A stretch of DNA of 59,148 nucleotides, from the IMG/VR virus record IMGVR_UViG_3300005512_000034, positions 1 to 59,148 of that record; one strand, 5' to 3'. The notes beneath the pieces were generated by a model. It ran no database searches and had not been told where the DNA came from. It saw nothing but the letters and a program-made list of their open reading frames with translations. Numbering within the stretch: the first letter of the stretch is position 1; each line of letters opens with the position of its first letter. The translations under genes and the position numbers were made by a program. This DNA is from a virus. Lineage: Duplodnaviria; Caudoviricetes. Below are positions 18,085 to 27,127 of this stretch, in pieces.

Positions 18085-20073
18085 GTGACGACCCGTCTGA
18101 CTTCCATCTCCACGTCCGGCCTCAAGGGCCAGACCTTCACAGAGCCCCTGACGGGGCTCGACCTGTTCGCGGGGCCCAACGGCAGCGGCAAGACGGCGCG
18201 CTTGCAGGTGGTCTCGGCCGCCCTTCGGGGCATCGCGGACACCAGCACCGACCGCGCGCGCGACTGGTTCGGTCCGACCCGCCCCCGAGGCACCGTGTGC
18301 GCCCTGTTCGACGTGCGCGGTGTGCGCCACCGGATCGAGCGGGACCTGCGCGACAGCAACCGCACGAAGCGGGCCGCAGCTGTGACCACGCTCGCGACCA
18401 GCATCGCGGGCGACCACCTGATCCGGTGGGACCTGGACGACTTCGCCAACGCGCCCGACCGGGCCCGCGCGTCGCTACTGACCGAGGCCGCCCGGTGTGC
18501 CGATGTGGCCGGCGCGTGGGACGCGGCCGCCGAGATCAACCGCCTGCGGATGCTGCCGCACCACGCGGGGCGCACCGAGACCGTCCTCGACGCGCTGCTG
18601 CCCGAGGGGGCTGTGCCCGTGTCGTGGATCGACACCGCGATCTCGAAGGCGTCCGACCTGGCCCGCGAGTACAACGCCGCGAAGACCGTCGCCGCCAAGA
18701 CCGTCGAGCGCATGACCGCGGAGGGCCGCCCCACCATGCGGGGGACGCTGGCGCAGGCCCGCGCCCGGGTGCAGGCTGCCGAGGAGCAGGTCGCCGACCT
18801 GAACGCGCAGCAGCGCGAGGCCCAGCAGTCCGACCGGCTCGCGGCCGAGTCGAAGGCGTCGCACGAGGCGTTGCTCCAGCAGGCCGCGTTCGCGCAGGGG
18901 CTCGTCGAGCGGTTGCAAGCCATCATCGACGCCGGACCGGACAAGCCGATCGCGGACCTGGAGCGCGAGATCGACGAGGCTCGGGGCAAGTACGAGCGGG
19001 CGCGCGACCGCCTGCGCCGCGCCAAGGACCGCGCGCTGGAGTTGAAGGCACAGATCGAGATCGCAACCACGACCGAGCCGCCCGAGGTCGAGGGATGGGA
19101 GGTCCTGCCCGACGGGACCTGGCGACACGACGGCGTGTCCTGCGTGTGGGCTTCGACCGACGGCGGGGGGGAGTTGGCTGTCGAGCCCGGCAACGCCGGG
19201 GCGCTGCTCGTGCCCTTCGAGATCATCGACTACATCCGGGGCGGCGGGTCTGGCCCCGCTGCGGTCGAGGCGCTGGAGGTGCAACGCGCCAAGGCGATCC
19301 GGGCAGTGGGTGACGCCCAGGAGTTGGTCGACCTGCTCAGCAAGCGCCTCGTGGCTGCCCGCGGGGCGCGCGAGGATGCGCTGTCGGCCGCCGACGCCAG
19401 GAAGTCGATCGTCAAGGTGCGCGAGGACGTGCGGGCCGCCCAGGCGGCGCTGGAGGCGTGGAGCGAGCGCCAGACGAACGGCGGGACGGTGCTCGCGCCG
19501 AACCCGGCGCACATGGGGGCCGCATACGCCGGCCTGCGGGAAGCGCGCGCCGCGCTGGAGACCCTGGTCAAGGGTAGCGAGTGGGAGAGCATCATGCAGG
19601 GCGCGGTCGCTGACCGGGAGCGCGCGACCCTGGCGTGGCGACAGGCCAAGGAGATCAAGGCCGCGCTCGTCGCGCTCAAGGCCCGGCTCGCGTCCGCCGC
19701 CTACGAGCCGATCGCGCAACTGGCGCAGGAGGTCCTGGACGGGGTCGCGTCGTGGGGCGCGTCCATCTACATCGACGGGCCCGACTCGCTGGGCGTGGTC
19801 GTGGACGGCAAGCGGATCGACCTGTGGGGGCTCTCGCGGTCCGAGCGGGCGATCTTCGGTGCCGCCCTGGCGTCGGCGCTGGCACGCATCACCAAGCAGC
19901 CCTGGCGCGCGGTCGTGCTGGACAACCTGGAGGCGATCAACCCGGGCCGGCTCGCGGAGTTGGTCGCGGTGCTCCAGACCATGGTCGACGACGGCCGGCT
20001 CGACAACGTGATCGGGGCGTTCGCCGCCGAGACGCCGGAGCAGGCGCCCCCGGGTGCCCGGTGGATCGGGTGA
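18085..20073 (+). CDS. SbcC/Rad50-like coiled-coil ABC ATPase
   Basis: GPNGSGKT Walker A, long coiled coil, LSRSE signature, VVLDNLE Walker B. Confidence 0.85.
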   Translation: MTTRLTSISTSGLKGQTFTEPLTGLDLFAGPNGSGKTARLQVVSAALRGIADTSTDRARDWFGPTRPRGTVCALFDVRGVRHRIERDLRDSNRTKRAAAVTTLATSIAGDHLIRWDLDDFANAPDRARASLLTEAARCADVAGAWDAAAEINRLRMLPHHAGRTETVLDALLPEGAVPVSWIDTAISKASDLAREYNAAKTVAAKTVERMTAEGRPTMRGTLAQARARVQAAEEQVADLNAQQREAQQSDRLAAESKASHEALLQQAAFAQGLVERLQAIIDAGPDKPIADLEREIDEARGKYERARDRLRRAKDRALELKAQIEIATTTEPPEVEGWEVLPDGTWRHDGVSCVWASTDGGGELAVEPGNAGALLVPFEIIDYIRGGGSGPAAVEALEVQRAKAIRAVGDAQELVDLLSKRLVAARGAREDALSAADARKSIVKVREDVRAAQAALEAWSERQTNGGTVLAPNPAHMGAAYAGLREARAALETLVKGSEWESIMQGAVADRERATLAWRQAKEIKAALVALKARLASAAYEPIAQLAQEVLDGVASWGASIYIDGPDSLGVVVDGKRIDLWGLSRSERAIFGAALASALARITKQPWRAVVLDNLEAINPGRLAELVAVLQTMVDDGRLDNVIGAFAAETPEQAPPGARWIG

Positions 20074-20330
20074 CCCGGCCTGAGCGCTACATCCTGCACG
20101 GCGCCTTCACGGTCGACCCGGACCTCTGGTACTCGGTCGGCCGGGCCTCCGGCTCTGGCCCGTGGACGGTGTTCTCGGGCGGCATGAGCAAGGAGCAGGC
20201 GATGCGCCTGGACTGGACCGCGCCGAGTGCCGTCGCGCACGGCACCCTCGGGACCCGGTCGGGGGCTGAGATCCTCAAGGCGATCGCCTCCTTGCATGCG
20301 CCGGCCTGCCCCGCTACTATGTCCGTGTAG
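20070..20330 (+). CDS. Hypothetical protein
   Basis: GTGA coupling. Confidence 0.5.
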   Translation: MTRPERYILHGAFTVDPDLWYSVGRASGSGPWTVFSGGMSKEQAMRLDWTAPSAVAHGTLGTRSGAEILKAIASLHAPACPATMSV

Positions 20331-20337
20331 CAAGGAG
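20282..20337 (+). promoter_or_regulatory. Cassette promoter with operator
   Basis: GATC-N6-TTGCAT-17-TACTAT; palindrome 20313-20331. Confidence 0.85.
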
Positions 20338-20344
20338 CCGACAC

Positions 20345-20560
20345 ATGCAGACCCCCCGCAACATCCCCTGCCCCGCCTGCAACGGGCAGCACTTCGCCGA
20401 GACCGACGCGCCGACCGGGCGCTTCGAGTACGGGCAGCGGGTGACCATCCTGCTGACCCGCGAGTGCGAGCACTGCCCCGAGGACGGGCTGCTGACGCCC
20501 GCGCAGGCGGACGCCCTCAACGCCGAGACCAAGGAGACGACCGATGACCTCCCCTTCTGA
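20345..20560 (+). CDS. Small zinc-ribbon protein ending in DDLPF
   Basis: CPAC...CEHC; SSB-like acidic C-terminus. Confidence 0.72.
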   Translation: MQTPRNIPCPACNGQHFAETDAPTGRFEYGQRVTILLTRECEHCPEDGLLTPAQADALNAETKETTDDLPF

Positions 20561-20657
20561 TCGCCGCCTCAACCTCCGCGCCGAGCGGTTGGGATTCGTC
20601 GGCTTCGTGCTGGCGCAGGTCGCCCTGTTCGGGTGGGCGGTCTTCATCGTCGCCTAA
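20544..20657 (+). CDS. 37-aa single-TM protein
   Basis: Read by hand; AAGGAG RBS; LGFVGFVLAQVALFGWAVFIVA. Confidence 0.5.
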   Translation: MTSPSDRRLNLRAERLGFVGFVLAQVALFGWAVFIVA

Positions 20658-21331
20658 AGTAGCCCCGGCGCCGCCCGCCCGATGACCTCGGCGTACTCGG
20701 CGCGGGAGTGCCGGGACCCGGGCAGCACGATCGCCCGCCCCCCGTGCCGATAGGGGGACGACGGCAGCCTGGCCAGCAGGTCCCCGCGCAGCGCGACGCG
20801 GGTCACGTTGTCCGAGTCGAGCGCCCGCGAGATCCGCCTGGTCCCCAACTTCGGCGCGCCGAACGTCACGCACCGCGAGTCGGGCTCGACCAGCCAGAAG
20901 CCGGTCGCCATGGCGCCGCCCAGCGAGAACCCGGTGACCCACAGGGTGCTCGGCTTGTACCCGTTCACCACACGCATGACCGGGTCGTAGACCTTGCCCA
21001 GCAGCGCCCACCAGCCGGCATGAACCCGGCCGGGCAGGCGAAGCCCCAGGGGGCGCGTCGGGATCGCGAGCGCGTCGGCCAGGACGTTCGTCGCGGTCTC
21101 CTCCTGCGTGTCCGCCACCGTGCCCCGGAAGGCGACGACGACGTGCGGCCCGAGTGTGCCGTCCTCGTGGTCCATGCTGGCGACAAGGGCCCGGGTCGAG
21201 GACAGGGTCGGCTCGACCAACTCGGCGCGGTCGTAGCCCAGGGCCAGGGCCTCGCGGACCGGCTGCGTGGGCTCGGAGACGGCGTCGCACACGGCGAGCA
21301 GGTGCAGGAGATCGGCGCGGGTGTGCTTCAT
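20654..21331 (-). CDS. Class 3 lipase (alpha/beta hydrolase)
   Basis: VVAFRGT, VHAGW, VTGFSLGGAMA (GxSxG), TFGAPKLG, DLLARLP, YRHGG. Confidence 0.88.
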   Translation of the reverse strand: MKHTRADLLHLLAVCDAVSEPTQPVREALALGYDRAELVEPTLSSTRALVASMDHEDGTLGPHVVVAFRGTVADTQEETATNVLADALAIPTRPLGLRLPGRVHAGWWALLGKVYDPVMRVVNGYKPSTLWVTGFSLGGAMATGFWLVEPDSRCVTFGAPKLGTRRISRALDSDNVTRVALRGDLLARLPSSPYRHGGRAIVLPGSRHSRAEYAEVIGRAAPGLL

Positions 21332-21336
21332 GCGGC

Positions 21337-21392
21337 GATCGTACCGTTGCGCCCGTGGGCCTGCTGCGCTACTATGCCCGTGTAGCAAGGAG
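21337..21392 (+). promoter_or_regulatory. Cassette promoter with operator, overlapping divergent leaderless -10 of the lipase
   Basis: GATC-N6-TTGCGC-17-TACTAT; palindrome 21368-21386; minus strand TACGAT-N6-ATG. Confidence 0.85.
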
Positions 21393-21397
21393 ACAGC

Positions 21398-21652
21398 ATG
21401 AACGACCGCGCCGACATCACCATCACCGACTCCTCCGGTGCCCCCTTCGCCATCCTGAGCCTGGTTGTCCACCGCGACCGCCGCCGTGGATTCGAGGGGG
21501 CCTTCGTCCGCCTCCCCGGGATTGCCACCAACGGTGGCTACCGCGCAGCCACCAACGGCCGCGCCTTCATCTCGGAGCGCGAACTGCTCCCCATTCTGAG
21601 GGCCGCCCACAAGTACCCCAGCGTCTTCAACCCTCGCCCCGTGGGGGCCTGA
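21398..21652 (+). CDS. Hypothetical protein
   Basis: Motif promoter and RBS. Confidence 0.7.
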   Translation: MNDRADITITDSSGAPFAILSLVVHRDRRRGFEGAFVRLPGIATNGGYRAATNGRAFISERELLPILRAAHKYPSVFNPRPVGA

Positions 21653-21653
21653 C

Positions 21654-23357
21654 ATGAGCCTCGACGCACACCAGCAGCACGCCGCGACGGTCGAAGCCGA
21701 TCGCCTGTCCATCCAGGCGGGCCCCGGCGCCGGCAAGACGCGGACGCTGGTCGCCCGGGTCGCGGGCCTGCTCCGCTCCGGCGTGACCGGCCCCGAGATC
21801 CTGTGCCTGACCTTCACGTCCGCAGCTGCGGCCGAACTCAAGCAGCGCGTCGCCGACGACTACGCCCAGGGCCTCACCGGTCGGCGCAAGTCCGAGGCCG
21901 CCGCCCGGGTCCGGGGCATCACCTGCTCGACGATCCACGCGCTCGCGCTGCGCCTGATCAACGAGATGCAGGTCGGGACCGGCCTCCGCACGTCAGTGCT
22001 CGACTCGGTGCGCGACGACGCGGTCCTCGCCTACGCGGCGGTCGAGTTGGGGCAGTACCCCGCGACGCTGGCCGCCGACGCGGCGTTGAGCGGCATGGCC
22101 CCGCGCACGCGCCGACGCCTCCAGCGGATCGGAGGCGTGACCCGACGGGCATCGCAACTGCGCGACACGCTGGCCGCCGAGTCCTTCGAGGGCTTGGAGC
22201 ACGCGCTCCAGCAGGCGGTCGACGGGGCGCACCCGGCCGTGTGCAAGCGCTGGGCGCACATCCTGGTCGACGAGGCGCAGGACCTCACCGAGGCGCAGCG
22301 GCGGTTGATCCTGTCGCTCGCGGACCTGTCTCCAGGCTGCACGGTGACGCTGGTCGCGGACCCGGCGCAGTCGATCTACGCGTTCCGCGGCGCCGACCCC
22401 GAGGGGCTGCTCGACCTGGTCGACGGCGACGAGTGGGCCCGGGCGACGCTGCCGATCAACTACCGGAGCGCGTCGGAGATCGTGCTCGCGCTGAACAACC
22501 TGGGCTCGCACATGGCGCGGCCGGCGCTCTGGCTGGCGGACGCCCAACACCCGCTCGACCTGGACGCGCGAGACGCGCAGGCGGTCTACGCGCAGGACCC
22601 CGACCTCCTGCTGTCCTGCCTCGCGGGGAACGGGTACCGGGGCGCGGTGCTGGCGCGGACCTGGCGCGAACTGGAGGCCCTGGCCGCCGAGTTGGACCGG
22701 ATGCCCGACCCGCCCGAGTACGCGATCGGCAGGCGCGTCGCCGACTCCTGGCACACGCCCGCGGTGCGCTGGGTCATGGCGCTGGTGTCCTGGTCGCTCG
22801 ACCCGAGCCTCCGTGTAGACGCCTGGGCGGCATGGTCGCACCTGCTGCCCTACGCCGACTGCGTGACCCTCGCGCGCGAACCTGCGGCGCTGCGTGCGCA
22901 CAGGGAACCCCGTGTGGCTGCGCTGGCGGCCCTGTGCCGGGAGATCGGCGCGTCCGGGCCTCTCAACTGGCCCGCGCTGACAGAAGCGCTCCTGGCGGCT
23001 CCTGACGCGATGGTGCCGCACGCCGAGGCAACACACGTCCTGCTCGCCGGTTGGCGCGAGGAGCACGGGGACGACGCGACCGCGCGCGACCTGCTCGACT
23101 GGTGGGAGTCCCTGGCGACCGAGTCGGTCCGGCCCGAGGCTCCGCTGGTGCTCACGACCATTCACGGCGCAAAGGGGCTGGAGTTCCCTGTCGTGTGGAT
23201 CCTCGGATGCCACGACGACGGGCGGCCGATCACCGACGAGCACCGGCGCGTGCTCTACGTGGGGGTCTCCCGCGCGCAGGAGCGCTGCTTCCTGGTCCAC
23301 CGGGACCCGCCGAGCCCGCTTCTTGCGGAGTTGTCTGAGCCGAAGGAGGCGCTGTGA
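21654..23357 (+). CDS. UvrD/Rep-family SF1 helicase
   Basis: AGPGAGKT, LTFT, ILVDEAQD, DPAQSIYAFRGA, NYRS, TIHGAKGLEF, YVGVSRA. Confidence 0.92.
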   Translation: MSLDAHQQHAATVEADRLSIQAGPGAGKTRTLVARVAGLLRSGVTGPEILCLTFTSAAAAELKQRVADDYAQGLTGRRKSEAAARVRGITCSTIHALALRLINEMQVGTGLRTSVLDSVRDDAVLAYAAVELGQYPATLAADAALSGMAPRTRRRLQRIGGVTRRASQLRDTLAAESFEGLEHALQQAVDGAHPAVCKRWAHILVDEAQDLTEAQRRLILSLADLSPGCTVTLVADPAQSIYAFRGADPEGLLDLVDGDEWARATLPINYRSASEIVLALNNLGSHMARPALWLADAQHPLDLDARDAQAVYAQDPDLLLSCLAGNGYRGAVLARTWRELEALAAELDRMPDPPEYAIGRRVADSWHTPAVRWVMALVSWSLDPSLRVDAWAAWSHLLPYADCVTLAREPAALRAHREPRVAALAALCREIGASGPLNWPALTEALLAAPDAMVPHAEATHVLLAGWREEHGDDATARDLLDWWESLATESVRPEAPLVLTTIHGAKGLEFPVVWILGCHDDGRPITDEHRRVLYVGVSRAQERCFLVHRDPPSPLLAELSEPKEAL

Positions 23358-23458
23358 TCCGCTGATGGGCGCCTCCGCTTCTACGAGCGCTCTCGGTTGG
23401 AGCGCTTGATCCCGGGCACATGGGATGCCCACCCTGAACCTGTAGCGAGGAGTTGAGA

Positions 23459-23971
23459 ATGGCGAGCGATACGAAGATCGAGTGGTGCGACGCGACCTGG
23501 AACCCCGTCCGGGGCTGCGAGAAGGTCAGCCCAGCCTGCAAGAACTGCTATGCGGAGTCGTGGTCAGCACGGTGGGGCAAGGGCGCCAAGGCTGTACGCC
23601 GGGCACGGGTGGCGGCATGACCTCCATCCGATGCGGTGCAGCCCCAGGTCTGCGGGAGTTCGCCGAGGGCTACCTCGGCCTGCCTGAGCATGAGGACGGC
23701 GACCGGTGGTGGCATCTCCCGTCGGGCTGTGCGTGGTGGGGGCGTGGTAACCGTCCCAATGTGCTGGTGCCGGTGGTGCCTCTCACCTGTGCGGCTGGGC
23801 GTGACTGTGTGGTGCGGTACCTCGCAGAGCAAGACCTTGACTACGGGTGGGCTCGGGACATCCCGGGCGCGCTGGTGGATGGGGTGCGGCGGCATGTGGC
23901 GGGGGAGCCTCCGCTGCTGGCACAAGGCGGGCCGCCTGCTCGACGGGCGCACCTGGGACGAACTCCCGTGA
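23459..23971 (+). pseudogene. Remnant of a DUF5131 (phage Gp37/Gp68) gene: N-terminus 23459-23620 and C-terminus 23921-23971
   Basis: [33 protein letters not shown] and [15 protein letters not shown]; core missing. Confidence 0.75.
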
Positions 23972-24105
23972 TGGTCCGCCACAGGGCCGGGATGGCGCTG
24001 CTCGCGATGCTGCGTCACCCGGATCTGGAGCACTGCCGCGCCTTGCTGGCGCGCGCCTACGTGGCACATGTGGCGTCCCTTGCGGAGTTGGCCGAGGGGG
24101 CGTAG
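23617..24105 (+). CDS. Hypothetical protein overlying the DUF5131 remnant
   Basis: ATGA coupling at 23617. Confidence 0.45.
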   Translation: MTSIRCGAAPGLREFAEGYLGLPEHEDGDRWWHLPSGCAWWGRGNRPNVLVPVVPLTCAAGRDCVVRYLAEQDLDYGWARDIPGALVDGVRRHVAGEPPLLAQGGPPARRAHLGRTPVMVRHRAGMALLAMLRHPDLEHCRALLARAYVAHVASLAELAEGA

Positions 24106-24115
24106 CCTGAACCCC

Positions 24116-24301
24116 ATGTCCATCTGCGAGCTGTGCGGACGCCCACACGACGAGGTCGGCCCCTGTGACGAGTACCTTCGCGCCGAGGCCCTGGAGCGCG
24201 TCAAGGCCGCAGACCGAGAGGTACGGCGCCTCATCGCTGCCCTGACCCACGCGAGGGCTGAGCAGCGGGACGCCCAAGCAGCCTACGCCCTCGTCAGGTA
24301 G
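24116..24301 (+). CDS. Small hypothetical protein (CxxC plus coiled coil)
   Basis: MSICELCGRPH... Confidence 0.55.
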   Translation: MSICELCGRPHDEVGPCDEYLRAEALERVKAADREVRRLIAALTHARAEQRDAQAAYALVR

Positions 24302-24578
24302 GACACCGACATCTCGCCGAGCACCGGGTCACTGGCGACGACCGACCCGTTACGCAGGGTGACGGTGGAGGTGGGGGAGAGGAAGCCGGCAGCGGAGAGT
24401 AGGGCGAGGGCTGAGAACAGGTCGGACATGGAGCCTCCAGGCTGGAGACAACCTATCGCACCGCCCGGTTGCACTTGCAGTGCTGCAACCGGAGCGCCCC
24501 GAGTCGCGGTGCTGCAACGCCCGAGACGGACCGAGGCCGACTATCGGCCGGTGGCACGCCCCCTGCAACGTGTGAGGC

Positions 24579-24902
24579 ATGGACTATGTCAGTTGGGAAT
24601 CCGCGCGAAGCCGCGCATGGGGCGAGTTGAAGCGGGCGAGGTCCGACCTGCTGGTCGCGACCGACGCGCTCAGCGACCCGCCGACGCGGGACGACCTCCG
24701 CGAGTGGGGCAATTGCCTGGAGCGCGTCGCGCACCACCTCGACAACCTGATCCTGATCCTGTCGGTCGAGCCCCCGCGGGCGCCCGCTCCGGAGCCTCGG
24801 ATCCGCGACCTGGTGCGCCGCAAGATCCGCCGCAAGGCTCAGGGGTTGAGGACCGCCGCGACAGCGAGGCACAGGGCAGCCTGGGCTCGGTTCGCCACGT
24901 AG
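24579..24902 (+). CDS. Hypothetical protein
   Basis: GAGG RBS, helical composition. Confidence 0.5.
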   Translation: MDYVSWESARSRAWGELKRARSDLLVATDALSDPPTRDDLREWGNCLERVAHHLDNLILILSVEPPRAPAPEPRIRDLVRRKIRRKAQGLRTAATARHRAAWARFAT

Positions 24903-25016
24903 AGCAGCGGCGTCTTGCGGCCCGCGGTCATCTCGAAGCCGACGACGGCGGGCCCTGGGAAGGTGTCCTCGACCGCCGCGTGGAGGCCGCCGTTGTCCAG
25001 TGATGCGTTGCCCATC

Positions 25017-25208
25017 TCAGTGCCTCCTGGTGCGGGAGGTGACGGCGGCCGGTGGCTTGAGGCACTCGACCTGCTCGCAGGATGCGCGCTTCGGGCAGGT
25101 GCGGCACACGTCGGCCGGCGTTCTTGGAGCGCTCGTGCGGGCTTCCTCGGCGTAGACCTCGCACTGGTGCGCGACGGCCACCCACTTACTCTCCGCTGGC
25201 GCCATCAT
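25017..25208 (-). CDS. Small Cys-rich hypothetical protein
   Basis: ATGA coupling; CRTCPKRASC. Confidence 0.4.
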   Translation of the reverse strand: MMAPAESKWVAVAHQCEVYAEEARTSAPRTPADVCRTCPKRASCEQVECLKPPAAVTSRTRRH

Positions 25209-25624
25209 CCTGGATGCTCCTCTGGTGCGGGCTGTAGCACACCGGGCACGTCGAACGAGACGCGGCTCCACGTCAGGTAGCCGCCCCATGTGAGCGCGGC
25301 GGCCAGGGCCAGCACGACCAGCGGGATGAACACCGTCGGCTTGAGCATCGCCGCGCGCCGTTGCTGCACGAGCGTCTTGGCTGCGATGTGCTCGGCCCAT
25401 GCGTCGGTGATGGGTCGGAACTCGGCCTTGAGCTCGTCGGTTGCTGTCTTCGACGACTCGATCTGCGCCTGAGCCGCGCCGGCCGCGGTGGTCGCTGTCC
25501 CCAGGACCTCCCACATGCGCGCGGTCGTGTTCGCCTGCTCGTCGGCGAGCCTGGCCACGTTGGCCGCAGTCGCGCGCTGGTCAGCGGCGAGTCCGTCGAG
25601 CGTCCGTCGCAGGTCGTCGTCCAC
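25205..25624 (-). CDS. Coiled-coil plus TM protein, possible holin/XhlA-like
   Basis: Heptad N-terminus, one C-terminal TM, follows the tail genes. Confidence 0.5.
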   Translation of the reverse strand: MDDDLRRTLDGLAADQRATAANVARLADEQANTTARMWEVLGTATTAAGAAQAQIESSKTATDELKAEFRPITDAWAEHIAAKTLVQQRRAAMLKPTVFIPLVVLALAAALTWGGYLTWSRVSFDVPGVLQPAPEEHPG

Positions 25625-25626
25625 GA

Positions 25627-26460
25627 CTACTCCGCGGCGCCGGGCCCGAAGTTGACCGTGGGGCTGTCGTTGTAGGTCACGCTCGCACCGTCGCTGCCGT
25701 GCCCCGCGATGCTGGCGAGGTAGGCGTGCCCCTTCTGGAGGCCGCCCACGTCGAAGCGCTCGTAGAACCCGAACCCGGTCAGGCTGTACGAGGTCTTCCC
25801 TGCCTCCCAGACGCAGCCCGTCGGGCTGTTGCTGCCGCTGGTCTTGCCCTGCCAGAACAGGTGCAGGGTCGCCGAGACCGGGTCAGCGTCGCAGGCCAGC
25901 ACGCCGGTGCCCGTCGCGCTGATCGCCACCGAGTAGTCGGTCGTCAGGGGGTTGGTGCCGTCGTAGCCGAAGACGCGCAGGGTCACGGCCGCGTTGCCGC
26001 CTGCCGCGGTGCCGCTGGTCACGGCGCCCGCCGAGTCGAGCAGTTCGCTGCTGACGACCTGGTTCGCGCCAGCTGCGCCGCCCACTGTCGCGTCGGCCGC
26101 GATCTTCGCCGCCATCGCAACGAGCACCGCGTCCACGTCCGCGAAGGACCCCGCCGTAGTGGCGATCGCCGTGCCGTTGATCGTGACCGTGTAGTTCGCG
26201 GACCCGTCGAAGCTGGTCACCGTGATCCGGGCGCGCCGGTGCTGAACCGCCTCGCGGAGCCCCACCTTGACCAGGGCCACGACCGCGTTGTCCAGGTCGA
26301 CGCCTGCGCTCTCAGCGGCGGGGGGCCGGCTCCACTCGGTCGGGCTGGCGTCCGCCTGCGTCACCCACTGCGGGTTGCGCCCAGCGGCGCGGACGACGAG
26401 TTCGTTTGCGGTCTCGGCGCTGCTGCTCATGGGGCCGGCTCCGGTGTCGCGGCTCACCAT
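25627..26460 (-). CDS. Putative virion structural protein (start may be 26430)
   Basis: Ala/Thr/Gly-rich beta-type sequence after the tail genes. Confidence 0.65.
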   Translation of the reverse strand: MVSRDTGAGPMSSSAETANELVVRAAGRNPQWVTQADASPTEWSRPPAAESAGVDLDNAVVALVKVGLREAVQHRRARITVTSFDGSANYTVTINGTAIATTAGSFADVDAVLVAMAAKIAADATVGGAAGANQVVSSELLDSAGAVTSGTAAGGNAAVTLRVFGYDGTNPLTTDYSVAISATGTGVLACDADPVSATLHLFWQGKTSGSNSPTGCVWEAGKTSYSLTGFGFYERFDVGGLQKGHAYLASIAGHGSDGASVTYNDSPTVNFGPGAAE

Positions 26461-26487
26461 AGCCTATGGTCACGTCAAGGGCTTTGC

Positions 26488-26542
26488 GATCGTCCGCTTG
26501 CGTTCTGGCGTGTATGCGCTACTATGTCCGTGTAGCAAGGAG
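26488..26542 (+). promoter_or_regulatory. Cassette promoter with operator, copy 1
   Basis: GATC-N6-TTGCGT-16-TACTAT; palindrome 26518-26536. Confidence 0.85.
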
Positions 26543-26547
26543 CCAAC

Positions 26548-26736
26548 ATGACCCGCGCCGACCTCAACGCAGCCCGCATCGAAGCCAGCCAGAAGCACGC
26601 GCGCGCGCTCAAGCGGTGGGAGCGTGCCCGCGCGACGAAGACCTGGGGCCCGCTGGGCGCCGAGCGCTACCAGCAGGCGACTCTGGACATGCGCCGGACC
26701 TACCGCGCCCGCGAGGCCGCATACGGGCGAGCCTGA
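26548..26736 (+). CDS. Small basic hypothetical protein, copy 1
   Basis: 62 aa, AAGGAG RBS. Confidence 0.75.
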   Translation: MTRADLNAARIEASQKHARALKRWERARATKTWGPLGAERYQQATLDMRRTYRAREAAYGRA

Positions 26737-26775
26737 GCAATGGCAGCACGCCCCAGAGTAGCGAAGCCCCCTTGC

Positions 26776-26830
26776 GATCGTCCGCTTGCGTTCTGGCGTG
26801 TATGCGCTACTATGTCCGTGTAGCAAGGAG
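26776..26830 (+). promoter_or_regulatory. Cassette promoter with operator, copy 2
   Basis: Identical to copy 1. Confidence 0.85.
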
Positions 26831-26835
26831 CCAAC

Positions 26836-27024
26836 ATGACCCGCGCCGACCTCAACGCAGCCCGCATCGAAGCCAGCCAGAAGCACGCGCGCGCGCTCAA
26901 GCGGTGGGAGCGTGCCCGCGCGACGAAGACCTGGGGCCCGCTGGGCGCCGAGCGCTACCAGCAGGCGACTCTGGACATGCGCCGGACCTACCGCGCCCGC
27001 GAGGCCGCATACGGGCGAGCCTGA
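26836..27024 (+). CDS. Small basic hypothetical protein, copy 2
   Basis: Identical translation to 26548-26736. Confidence 0.75.
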   Translation: MTRADLNAARIEASQKHARALKRWERARATKTWGPLGAERYQQATLDMRRTYRAREAAYGRA

Positions 27025-27052
27025 GCAATGGCAGCACGCCCCAGAGTAGCGA

Positions 27053-27070
27053 AGCCCCCTTGCGGGGGCT
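27053..27070. terminator. Hairpin between convergent genes
   Basis: AGCCCCC-TTGC-GGGGGCT. Confidence 0.6.
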
Positions 27071-27127
27071 CCAGCGCCGTGGCGCTCACTGCCGAATTCT
27101 AAGCCCAGCGAGCGGACCGTAGCACGC

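Larger units (their letters stand above)
26484..27064 (+). repeat. Tandem duplication of a 288-bp promoter+gene cassette
   Basis: 26484-26771 equals 26772-27059; TTGCG at all three junctions. Confidence 0.95.
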
